In this document: positions 35,664 through 44,134 of the stretch, piece by piece
How the letters are laid out: each line of letters opens with the position of its first letter
Numbering within the stretch: the first letter of the stretch is position 1
Virus record (IMG/VR): IMGVR_UViG_3300030110_005581
Strand: one strand, 5' to 3'
DNA: 64,000 bases
DNA from: a virus
The notes under the pieces: model-generated
The model's database searches: none
Told to the model about the DNA's origin: nothing
The model's input: only the letters and a program-made list of their open reading frames with translations
Position numbers and translations under genes: made by a program

Positions 35664-37689
35664 TATCTTTTTGCTCCAAACTGTTTAACAAATCCCTAAC
35701 CGACTGATTGACCTCGAACAGCATCTGTTCTTGATCATTATAATTAGTATCTTTAGTCTCATAAATACCTTTTCCAAGACCTAGCAACTCTTCAGCGCCA
35801 TCTGGTAGGTTCATTTTTAATTGTCTATTCGGTAAAGTTGCAAATTCGTGACCATCTTTTGCTCGCATATTTCTCTTACGAGCGCCTCTTTGTCTCATAT
35901 CTGATGCGACCGGCTTATACCAACCGTGAGACTTATCAGTAGTGGTTTTTTCTACACCGCCAAACGCATTCTTCTTAACCTTTGCTTTAACCCACGCTGC
36001 GCCATCGTCTCGTTTTCCTGGGGCGGCCAACAATGAAGTGTCTGCATCTCCCTCTTCAGTTGTTGGCGGGGCTTCAGGCGCATCTGTAGCTTCAGCTGCA
36101 CCCATATCTGCGCCCAGATCTTCACCGCCCATGTCCATGTCTCCGCCTAAATCTCCCAAGCCTTCTTCTCCACCGAGCGCGCCTAGATCTCCCCCGCCTC
36201 CGGCGGCATCGCCACCTGCCATAGCATCTTGACCTAACATCTCTATTGATTGAGAGAAGTATTTATCATAATAAAGTTCTCTTTGGTTTCTCAAGAACTC
36301 TTCTTCTGAGAGGTCGAAAAGATTTCTTGCGATCCATCGCTTGCTAAAATAGCCTTCAGCAGCTTGGGCTGCAACACTAAACTTAGTATTCCAATGCTCA
36401 AGTTCTTGTAGTTCGGAAATTTTAGACGGGTTGTTCAGTTTAATTTTAAATGATAACAAGTCATCGCCGCGGTATCCCAAAGTATACAAATGAATAATGC
36501 CAACTTTTTCAAGCTCAGTTGTAACAGAACGCTGGAGCCTTTGAATTGTGCGGGCAAAACGAATATCTTTTTGAGCCAAAGTGGCCTTGTCTTCATCGCC
36601 GCCTTCAGCGCGTGAAAGATAAGATGCCGGCACCTTAAGGGCAGAAAACAACTTATCTCTAAGATACTTAACGTCGTCAATGTCGCCAGTATATGTGCCG
36701 CCTGGTAAGTTTGAAATTTCAGTCCCTACTCCGCCGCGGACAGGAATAAAATAATCCTCTTCCACTGACATAGGATTGTATCTTAAGTCAACTCTCCCTG
36801 TGTCAGCATCAACAATCTGGTTTCTCTTCATAGAGGTAATGACGCGCTGCATATATTGTTCAACGTCTTGGGGTGGAATGTTGCCCACATCAATCTTAAA
36901 TACGCGGCGCTCTGGTGCTCGAACAATCCTGTATGCCATCATTGCATCTTCTAGTAGAATAAGTTGACGCCAAATGCGACGTGCAGAATCTAAGACAGAG
37001 GTTCCATAAGGGGCAAATTTGTCATTCCCCAGGATTCTAAAGTGCCCCATTTGCCAATTTTCAAAGGTAACTCCGCCAGAATTCCACTGATATTGGACAT
37101 AGTTTGGATTCGTTTTGTCTTCGCCCTCCAGCCTCTCTACTTGATCGGTTGGGAGCCCAATGACTTGTTTGATTCCTGTGTTTGCATCGATGTCTAAATA
37201 GAGGTAAAAGTCGCCATATTTACACATGGTGCGACACCAACCGAATAAATTAAATTCTATGTTTAATACATTAAAAAACAAGGTGTCGAGAATCCCTTTT
37301 ATCTCCTCATCGTGACAGTCAATGTCAATTATCTTTTTTATGCCAGTGTGGGTTGTCATTTCGTCTGCATATATATCCAGCGCAGAAGCAATCTCTGGTG
37401 TGTATTCCATTTGATCAAAGTCGGAATATCTCTGTAGTCGCGACTGAGTGCCCATCATGAAGGCGGAAAAATTATCAAAAGGATTATAACCAATTCTTTC
37501 AAATTTTTGCCCTGACACATCTTTAAAGGTATTGGCATACTTATCAAGACGCCGGCGTCTCAATTGTCGAGTATTCTGAGATCGATAATTAATCAGGGGT
37601 CCAGAAAACAATTTCGTCAATCTTCGATATAAATTAGAATCTGGGTTTTTTGGGTTTTTTGTACTTCTTACTTTGTCGCTGGGATTCAT
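35647..37689 (-). CDS. gp20: portal protein (gp20-like)
   Basis: PEIASALDIYADE, WCRTMCKYGDF, LEDAMMAYRIVRAPERRVFKIDVGN, EDYFIPVRG, YLRDKLFSALKVP; Gly/Asp-rich C-terminal extension. Confidence 0.95.
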   Translation of the reverse strand: MNPSDKVRSTKNPKNPDSNLYRRLTKLFSGPLINYRSQNTRQLRRRRLDKYANTFKDVSGQKFERIGYNPFDNFSAFMMGTQSRLQRYSDFDQMEYTPEIASALDIYADEMTTHTGIKKIIDIDCHDEEIKGILDTLFFNVLNIEFNLFGWCRTMCKYGDFYLYLDIDANTGIKQVIGLPTDQVERLEGEDKTNPNYVQYQWNSGGVTFENWQMGHFRILGNDKFAPYGTSVLDSARRIWRQLILLEDAMMAYRIVRAPERRVFKIDVGNIPPQDVEQYMQRVITSMKRNQIVDADTGRVDLRYNPMSVEEDYFIPVRGGVGTEISNLPGGTYTGDIDDVKYLRDKLFSALKVPASYLSRAEGGDEDKATLAQKDIRFARTIQRLQRSVTTELEKVGIIHLYTLGYRGDDLLSFKIKLNNPSKISELQELEHWNTKFSVAAQAAEGYFSKRWIARNLFDLSEEEFLRNQRELYYDKYFSQSIEMLGQDAMAGGDAAGGGGDLGALGGEEGLGDLGGDMDMGGEDLGADMGAAEATDAPEAPPTTEEGDADTSLLAAPGKRDDGAAWVKAKVKKNAFGGVEKTTTDKSHGWYKPVASDMRQRGARKRNMRAKDGHEFATLPNRQLKMNLPDGAEELLGLGKGIYETKDTNYNDQEQMLFEVNQSVRDLLNSLEQKDNVETQ

Positions 37690-37694
37690 TTATC

Positions 37695-39281
37695 TTATCC
37701 TTTTAGTAACCATAAAAATTCATTCATTTTCTTTTTTTCACTAATCGCTTTTTCGAAAAGCTCAGTTTGTTTGGGCCTTGTCATACCTGGAATGCGAGAA
37801 TCGATATGTGTCTTATTTGTCATTATACAGTTTAAAAATGCTTTTTTATACTCAATATCTCGTTTATTTTCAATAAGCACGGTGTCGCGAACCCAACAAC
37901 CAATGGCGCACGCCATAATGAGATCGTCGTTGTATCCCCTCTGTGCCTCTGGCTTTCCGTTCCTCCATATAAAAGTGTCTAACTCATTAATTAGCCTTCT
38001 AGAATAAATAGTTAACATTTTGTTTCTTACGTATTCTTCAAACTTTGCCACAATTAAAGGTCTTGTTTTCATCGAGGTTGTAAAGCCAGGAATGGCCGAA
38101 GAATGAGTTTCGGCCTGATATTGGTCAATATAGTCGTGCGAGGATTTAAGGGAGTGGTAGAGGTTCGGGTACGCCTTTTCTTTTAACTTGTCAAGCACAG
38201 CAAAGCCAACGCTGTTATTTTCTACAACAACCATAGCATTTCCATATTCTCTCCCCGCGCCATAAACTATGTCAGAAAACAAGTCCAAAGTAACTTTCCC
38301 CTGATATTCTGCGATGATTTCCATCGTCTCTAGTTTGAAAATATGGAAAGTGCTAGAGTCGGCTCCATCGCCGCGCGCAACATCTGCAACCAACAAGTAT
38401 GTATTTTCAGGAATATGCTCTTCCCATATCCAATAATTCCTATCTATGCCGGTTCTATATCTTGGATCTTGAATATTGCTTTTTAGATACTGAATGTCTT
38501 CTCCATCAATTACAGTTTCACCCGACGTGTTAAAGTTACATTCATATTCTTGAGCAATCTGCCTCTTACTCATGTTTTTGGTTTCTGTTTCAAACCAGGC
38601 CTGATCTCTATCTGGGTGCACATCCCAGTTCAATTTAACAGGAAAAAATTCATTTTGACCTGCCTCTGACTTTATATATGTTTCGTGAAACCAATCACCC
38701 ACACCATTTGGCGTAGATAGAGATATGCAGCGACCACCAGTAGAAATAGTAGGATAAAGACCTGTCCACAAATCTGTCAGATTTTCAATATGTGCAGCCT
38801 CATCAATAACCAACAAAGAAAGCGCCTCGGATCGACCAGCATCCCCTGATGTTGAAGAGGCTTTAACTTGAGATCCGTTGCTTAGCTCGAAAGAATTCTT
38901 ATTATCGATATCTATGCTGGCAATCCTTAGCCAGTCAGGGAGGTGCTTGATGATTCCCTTGACCTTTCTGACCAAATTTGCAGCAGTGCTTAGCTTCGTC
39001 GCAACAACAAGAACGTTCTTGTCACGATGGAATAACAACATCCAAGAAACATAAGCTGCAACAATGGTTGATATACCCAACTGGCGCGCCTTAAGAATGA
39101 CAGTAAATCGGTGATCATTAAAGTCATCCAATAGATCATCTTGATAATCGTAGGTTTTAAACGGTATTAGGCCATGGCCGGGGTGGGGGATCTTAGCATA
39201 GTTTCTTATAAAGTAGCGCACATCTTTCCCAGACTTCACCACCTCTTTTAGGATTTCTTTCTTTGTTAATTTGTATGCCAT
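37695..39281 (-). CDS. gp17: terminase large subunit (gp17-like)
   Basis: LKARQLGIST Walker A, LLVIDEAAH Walker B, STPNG, ADVARGDGADSST, VVENNSVG, YNDDLIMA nuclease motifs; no intein. Confidence 0.96.
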   Translation of the reverse strand: MAYKLTKKEILKEVVKSGKDVRYFIRNYAKIPHPGHGLIPFKTYDYQDDLLDDFNDHRFTVILKARQLGISTIVAAYVSWMLLFHRDKNVLVVATKLSTAANLVRKVKGIIKHLPDWLRIASIDIDNKNSFELSNGSQVKASSTSGDAGRSEALSLLVIDEAAHIENLTDLWTGLYPTISTGGRCISLSTPNGVGDWFHETYIKSEAGQNEFFPVKLNWDVHPDRDQAWFETETKNMSKRQIAQEYECNFNTSGETVIDGEDIQYLKSNIQDPRYRTGIDRNYWIWEEHIPENTYLLVADVARGDGADSSTFHIFKLETMEIIAEYQGKVTLDLFSDIVYGAGREYGNAMVVVENNSVGFAVLDKLKEKAYPNLYHSLKSSHDYIDQYQAETHSSAIPGFTTSMKTRPLIVAKFEEYVRNKMLTIYSRRLINELDTFIWRNGKPEAQRGYNDDLIMACAIGCWVRDTVLIENKRDIEYKKAFLNCIMTNKTHIDSRIPGMTRPKQTELFEKAISEKKKMNEFLWLLKG

Positions 39282-39841
39282 TATGCCTTAACATTGCTAG
39301 CTTTTTTTGCTCCAGAATATTTTGGTTTGCCGGTTTGAAGCCAGTTCTCAACTGCTGCTCTCAATTTTTCTTCTGCATCTCCCGGAGAGTTAACACCAAC
39401 AGCCTCTGCGTCTTTAAGGCCCGCGATTGTATAGATTTTCTTGGCCTGACACCAAGTTCTAATTCTCGACATGTTTTGTAATAAAACCTCACAGGGCCCA
39501 TCAGCCTTCAAGCCCAAGGTGTTTCCTGTAATTTTCTTGTATTCTTTTTTCAAGAACTTCGCAATATCCTTGTAGACTTGCTCAATCTCCTCATCAATTT
39601 TTGTATTATGAAAAGACTTCATCGGAAGTTCAGATTGATAAGTTACAATAAGCTTGGGGCCTGATATTCGCACCTTAAATCCATCAATAACTCGTGAATC
39701 GTGAATAGGGCAGCCCTCTTCTCGGCGGAGGCCGATTCCCTTGTCTTCCCCATCAACCACAAAGCGCTTATCGTGGGAACCATCGTATGCATTTGCTGCA
39801 GCTTGGTTAATTCCTTTTATAATTTCGTATACAGATGCCAT
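39281..39841 (-). CDS. hypothetical protein upstream of terminase
   Basis: 186 aa, TAATG-coupled on both sides. Confidence 0.7.
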   Translation of the reverse strand: MASVYEIIKGINQAAANAYDGSHDKRFVVDGEDKGIGLRREEGCPIHDSRVIDGFKVRISGPKLIVTYQSELPMKSFHNTKIDEEIEQVYKDIAKFLKKEYKKITGNTLGLKADGPCEVLLQNMSRIRTWCQAKKIYTIAGLKDAEAVGVNSPGDAEEKLRAAVENWLQTGKPKYSGAKKASNVKA

Positions 39842-40263
39842 TATTTAATCTCCTTATCCTTGTCTGGTCTCCATCCGTTTAACCACTTTTCTTCGTTAAA
39901 TTCAACGTAATGTAGGTAACATTTAAAGCAGCAATCAAACTTGTTCATATATAAATCGTCTTTTAGTTTAAAAGATAGTTCTTCGCAAACTGGGCACTTT
40001 CTTTTATTTTCCTTAGTAATTAGATTCTTTGGAAGTAAAAAGCCGTCTTTTTCAACTTTCTCTGAGTTGGCGTCATTTTTATAAAATTCCTTGACTTCTT
40101 CAAGATATTCTTTTTCCTTCTCGTCTGTCCAAAATGATTTTGGATTAACAATAGTTTCTGTTCCAAATTTTTTAGCAATTGCCTTCTCTACCTCTGCTAT
40201 TCGATTTAAATCTTTTTCTTTTGACATTTTCAAACCATCCGTAAGATCGGTGTAGGCCCCCAT
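39841..40263 (-). CDS. hypothetical protein with putative Zn-binding CPVC...CCFKC (start may be ATG 40227)
   Basis: Cys cluster seen directly. Confidence 0.65.
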   Translation of the reverse strand: MGAYTDLTDGLKMSKEKDLNRIAEVEKAIAKKFGTETIVNPKSFWTDEKEKEYLEEVKEFYKNDANSEKVEKDGFLLPKNLITKENKRKCPVCEELSFKLKDDLYMNKFDCCFKCYLHYVEFNEEKWLNGWRPDKDKEIK

Positions 40264-40291
40264 TATAAGTCATATAATATATATTTTTAAC

Positions 40292-40326
40292 AAAAAAAAG
40301 GGAGGGAGATAAACCCCCTCCCTCCC
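40292..40326 (-). terminator. intrinsic terminator after tail-fibre gene
   Basis: GGGAGGGAG...CTCCCTCCC stem followed by T8. Confidence 0.88.
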
Positions 40327-40342
40327 AAGAAAAATAAATTAA

Positions 40343-41791
40343 TTACTTCTTGTTAAGCTTAGCCTGAAGATCCTTGATCTGTGCGGACTGCTCTTGAACT
40401 GCAGAGACAAGCACTGCTGTCAAGCGACCATAGTCAACACCGAAATGACCCTTTTCGTTGCCGTGAACTGCCTCTGGGACAGTCTTTGCAAGCTCCTGAG
40501 CCAAGAATCCGAAATCTCTCGATCCGTTCTTTGTCCATGTGAAGTTGACAGCCTTGAGGGAATTAACCGTATCCAAGGCATTTCGCATGGGAGAAACATC
40601 AGTCTTGAGTCTTTCATCCGAGTAGGTTACGAAAGCGGTTGCTCTAATCTTGTTTTGGTTAGCAGTATTGTTTGCAACATCAATTGCATATTCTGTTGTT
40701 GCATCGCCACCAATTGTCATGAATTGAGTACCAGAGCTATTAACGAACTTGATGAGGTTCTCAGAAACATCAAAGTGAATCAATTCGTTTGCAGCAGCAC
40801 CAAAGACTTTCAAGTCGGCACCAGCACCATCGGAACCACAAAGAACTCCTCCGGAGAACGAACCGGTTACACCAACCATGTTCGCGAACTGAACGTTGTC
40901 AGATGTTCCCAAGCCAAGGCTTGTGCGAGCTGTTGCGCCACTTTCGTAAGCGAAAGCGCCTGCACCAGTAGCAACAATAAACTGACCATCGGACGCGGGA
41001 GCGCCAAGAGTATCGAGATCTTCGAGAACTCCATCAACAGCAACAGTTACAGAACCGCCGAGCGAAACGGCGCCGAGCGTAGCCATACCTGCACCTTGTG
41101 TTAAGGTGATGCTGGAGTTTGCAAGCTTTGCATTTGCAATCGAGCCAGCCAAGTGGCCGTTCTCAACAGATCCAGAGCCGTAGTTGTCGTTTTCCAGAGT
41201 TCCGATAACGAGCTTTCCGCCTTGGATTGTGCGGTTTGCAAGATGGCCGTTAATAATCGAGCCAGAAGCATAGTTGGCATTAATAATACCGCCAGTTTTG
41301 ACAGACACAGCACCCGAAGATACCGAGAAGTTTGTGGAGCTAAAGCTAGCTACACCTTTGTTGGCCGTGGTGGCATCTTCACCGGCGATGGTGATAGTTT
41401 GGCCAGAAGCGGTAGTGTCGATACCTTCTCCACCTGCGATGGTGAAGTTTTGGCTATCAAGGTCGACAGCACCAGAACCCGAGTCTCCTAAGAAATCGAG
41501 ATCCTGAGCAGTTACCTGAGAATCAACATAAGCTTTAATCGATTGCTGAGTTGCAAGCGATGTAGCCGAATCAGAAGCCATGTTGTCCTCATCGAGAACG
41601 GCAGCGACTTCAGTCGAAGAACCAAGCTTGAGCTTGGGGGAAAGCAAACCAACGTTAATGCGAACACGCTCGCTGGCGGCAGACCCAGTAAGGTAGATGG
41701 AACCACTGGTTCCAGGTAATGGTAAGCTTGTACCATTCCATGATTGTAGGTCGATATATGGACCGTATTGTGAAGCAGAAGCTACAGACAT
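40343..41791 (-). CDS. tail fibre/spike protein with C-terminal intramolecular chaperone (peptidase S74)
   Basis: Start MSVASA at 41791 with AAGGAGG RBS (ORF track starts at 41857); Gly/Ser/Ala/Thr-rich beta repeats, LATQQSIKAYVD; C-terminal YSDERLKTDV...FTW...GFLAQEL..VPEAV...VDYGRL. Confidence 0.88.
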   Translation of the reverse strand: MSVASASQYGPYIDLQSWNGTSLPLPGTSGSIYLTGSAASERVRINVGLLSPKLKLGSSTEVAAVLDEDNMASDSATSLATQQSIKAYVDSQVTAQDLDFLGDSGSGAVDLDSQNFTIAGGEGIDTTASGQTITIAGEDATTANKGVASFSSTNFSVSSGAVSVKTGGIINANYASGSIINGHLANRTIQGGKLVIGTLENDNYGSGSVENGHLAGSIANAKLANSSITLTQGAGMATLGAVSLGGSVTVAVDGVLEDLDTLGAPASDGQFIVATGAGAFAYESGATARTSLGLGTSDNVQFANMVGVTGSFSGGVLCGSDGAGADLKVFGAAANELIHFDVSENLIKFVNSSGTQFMTIGGDATTEYAIDVANNTANQNKIRATAFVTYSDERLKTDVSPMRNALDTVNSLKAVNFTWTKNGSRDFGFLAQELAKTVPEAVHGNEKGHFGVDYGRLTAVLVSAVQEQSAQIKDLQAKLNKK

Positions 41792-41824
41792 AATAAATTT
41801 CCTCCTTTTGGATGTTGTTGTCCT

Positions 41825-41902
41825 CTTCTTTAGGGCATAAAGAAGTGCTTTTGCCACGCTGCAGCCCCCTTTCGAAGGTACAGCGTGGCACGTTTAATTA
41901 GG
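41825..41902 (-). promoter_or_regulatory. putative late motif (CCTAATTA, 41895-41902) followed by a structured 5' leader with two hairpins
   Basis: TGCCACGCTG/CAGCGTGGCA 10-bp stem with inner CCTTC-GAAA-GGGGG; second stem CTTCTTTA/TAAAGAAG. Confidence 0.55.
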
Positions 41903-41941
41903 GAGGCGCCTAGCGTTTTTGCTAAAAAAAGTGATTATTTT

Positions 41942-42880
41942 TTAAGAGTCAATCTTTTTTTGCAACGCAGCGATTGCTTCATGCAAGCTAAGTATTTCTT
42001 CTTGTTGGGATTTTACCGCTTCTACTAAAACCGGAACTAATTTAGTATAGTCCATTCCATGAGCATCTATATTGTTGCTTTTCCACTCTACAATCTCTGG
42101 CATATGTTTTCCAACGTCCTCCGCAATAAAGCCAATATCTTTTCTATCATTGCTTTTCCAATTGAAAGTTACGCCCTCAATCTTATTAAGGGTATCAATA
42201 GGCCGCTCTATCCTGGAGACATTATCTTTTAGAGCAATAGAAGAATAGGTGACAAAGGCGTTCGCTTTTATCCTGCCAGTTTCATCAGCGGTGTCTGGAA
42301 GTGTGATTCCATGACTGACGTTGCCTATCGATATGCTTCCAACGCCAAGCTTTCCTGGCATGAGAATTTTAGGAGATTGCAACTGCATGGCAGTATTCGA
42401 ACCAGAAATAATAAGGTGGTCGGTTTGGGCTTCATCATACTTTATGTAAGCTTCTGCAGTTGCCCCTCGCGCACCAAAGTTTATTTTTATATCATCGGCC
42501 ACCGTCAAGTCAGTTCCGTCATAAGTAAACGTTGTGATCGCACCAAACTGTCCATTATTATTATATTGAAGCTGAGTGTTTGATCCAGCAGGGCCATGAG
42601 CAGCGGAACCGGTTAGTTGATCAATTCTAACTTTTTTAACGTTATTTGAGTCGTTAACATCAGCCAATAAAATCAAATCTGAATTGTTGACTGTGATGTC
42701 AGTGCCGCTTGTTGCTCCGTTAATATCAACAGCCAAGGTTACATCGCCCCTAACGCCGCCGCCACTTAGTCCGTTCCCCGCAGTAACGCCTGAAATATCG
42801 CCCGTGCCCGCTGTTTGCTGTGCAGTCTTAGTTATGATCTGCATTAACTGAGGTAAAGATAAATTTGCTGGCCTTGGCAT
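41942..42880 (-). CDS. second tail fibre-like protein with S74 chaperone domain
   Basis: GDISGVTAGNGLSGGG, GSNTQLQYNNNG fibre repeats; YSSIALKDNV...GVTFNW...GFIAEDV..PEIV...MDYTKL. Confidence 0.85.
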   Translation of the reverse strand: MPRPANLSLPQLMQIITKTAQQTAGTGDISGVTAGNGLSGGGVRGDVTLAVDINGATSGTDITVNNSDLILLADVNDSNNVKKVRIDQLTGSAAHGPAGSNTQLQYNNNGQFGAITTFTYDGTDLTVADDIKINFGARGATAEAYIKYDEAQTDHLIISGSNTAMQLQSPKILMPGKLGVGSISIGNVSHGITLPDTADETGRIKANAFVTYSSIALKDNVSRIERPIDTLNKIEGVTFNWKSNDRKDIGFIAEDVGKHMPEIVEWKSNNIDAHGMDYTKLVPVLVEAVKSQQEEILSLHEAIAALQKKIDS

Positions 42881-42884
42881 TTGT

Positions 42885-43349
42885 TTACTCCGGCGGTCTT
42901 ACCGCATATACTACTGCTATAGTTAGTGCGATGCCAACAATAATGCCGCCCGCTGTCCAGTAAATTGTATAATCACGTTTTTTTGCAGCGATTTCTGTAA
43001 GGCGGTCGATCTCTTTGTTTTTGATATCTAAAAGAGTCTTGTGTTTCTCTTGCAGCGCTGAGTGGGTTGCTTTTTGTGTGTCAATGATAAGTTGAAGGCG
43101 CGCTGTTGTCTTGGCCAGCTCATACTTTAAACGCAACTCCCACTGCTTCTCAGACAAATTTTTATCAGCCAACAAGCTTGCGGCAGCAACGCTATTTAAA
43201 AGAACTCCAGAGTATGGGGCCGGCTGCTTATAGCGCAGTCCCGTTATTTTGCCCTTTGGGGGGACAAGCGGGGTTGTGCCTGCTGTAGCGATTGTCGGAA
43301 CAACGAGCATAAAAAGGGCCAACAGTACAGCTAATATCTTACTCCACAT
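42885..43349 (-). CDS. signal-peptide, coiled-coil, C-terminal-TM protein (possible spanin-like)
   Basis: Cleavable signal (..PTIATA-G), coiled coil, C-terminal TM YWTAGGIIVGIALTIAVVYAV; no lipobox Cys. Confidence 0.5.
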   Translation of the reverse strand: MWSKILAVLLALFMLVVPTIATAGTTPLVPPKGKITGLRYKQPAPYSGVLLNSVAAASLLADKNLSEKQWELRLKYELAKTTARLQLIIDTQKATHSALQEKHKTLLDIKNKEIDRLTEIAAKKRDYTIYWTAGGIIVGIALTIAVVYAVRPPE

Positions 43350-43740
43350 AATCTAATCCATATTTCTCGGCCAAAAGTTTTGCCAACTCATCCGGCTTTT
43401 CATCGTATTTCTCGACAAGATCTTTAATTTCTTTTTTCTTCTCTTGATCTAACTCTAGATTTTCTTTTTTATATTTCTCTTCCAGATCAGCCAATATCTT
43501 TCCATAGTTTTCTAAAATCTTATCTTTCTTTTTAATTTCTTTATCGTGGATTTTATTAATAGCATCAATCTGGTTTTTATAACTCTCAGTTCTAGTTTCT
43601 AGGACCTTCATAGCGTCGTCCTTTCTTCTAAAAATTAGCCAAAGAACTATAGTATAAACAATAATCAGCGGAGCCTTCCAGTTGTGCTTAAGCCATGTCC
43701 AGCATTTTTTAAAAAAAGTTTTTACGGCTAGCCAAGTCAT
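43339..43740 (-). CDS. i-spanin-like protein (N-terminal TM, coiled coil)
   Basis: TM APLIIVYTIVLWLIF then a Lys/Glu coiled coil; ATG 43740 overlaps the upstream stop (ATGA); ORF track starts at 43758. Confidence 0.5.
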   Translation of the reverse strand: MTWLAVKTFFKKCWTWLKHNWKAPLIIVYTIVLWLIFRRKDDAMKVLETRTESYKNQIDAINKIHDKEIKKKDKILENYGKILADLEEKYKKENLELDQEKKKEIKDLVEKYDEKPDELAKLLAEKYGLDYVE

Positions 43741-43934
43741 GAGTTGCCATGTCTCCATCTAGTGGCAATGTCTGCTAGTCCCTCAATGCCAATATATGCT
43801 AATGAGATCGCAACCCAATCTTCGCTGTTTAAGGTATCCCCGAACACCATTAGACCGGTGGCGGTAATCCACACCATCAGCTTTCGCGATAGTAATTTAT
43901 TTAATCCTTTATCAATAATTTGCTTTGTCATCAT
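43737..43934 (-). CDS. holin-like two-TM protein
   Basis: 65 aa from ATG 43934 with GGGAGG RBS; SRKLMVWITATGLMVF and WVAISLAYIGIEGLAD TM segments. Confidence 0.55.
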   Translation of the reverse strand: MMTKQIIDKGLNKLLSRKLMVWITATGLMVFGDTLNSEDWVAISLAYIGIEGLADIATRWRHGNS

Positions 43935-43944
43935 TTTAGCCTCC

Positions 43945-44124
43945 CTATGTTGTAACAGTATATGCTGCATCGCCAGAAGCTTTGCCGCGAATGGTGGGTG
44001 GCCCAACATTATTCAGAAAAAACGGTACTTGCTTTACGGCAGTGGTGTGGTCGTTGTTGTTGGTTGTATTTAACGCTTTGTTAATAGTAAAAGTAGAACT
44101 AATCTTTTTCTTTGGCTGTGCCAT
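43945..44124 (-). CDS. unannotated 59-aa protein MAQPKKKISS...QVPFFLNNVGPPTIRG...
   Basis: ATG 44124 with GGGAG RBS, TAG 43945-43947; below the ORF-track length cutoff. Confidence 0.6.
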   Translation of the reverse strand: MAQPKKKISSTFTINKALNTTNNNDHTTAVKQVPFFLNNVGPPTIRGKASGDAAYTVTT

Positions 44125-44134
44125 GGCTTTCTCC

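Noticed and set aside
39281-40263. Small terminase assignment for either gene upstream of gp17
   Set aside because: Position is suggestive but no recognisable gp16 motif is present.
43929-43934. Holin/antiholin dual start (ATG ATG)
   Set aside because: No intervening charged residue as in lambda S Met-Lys-Met, so there is no basis for an antiholin.
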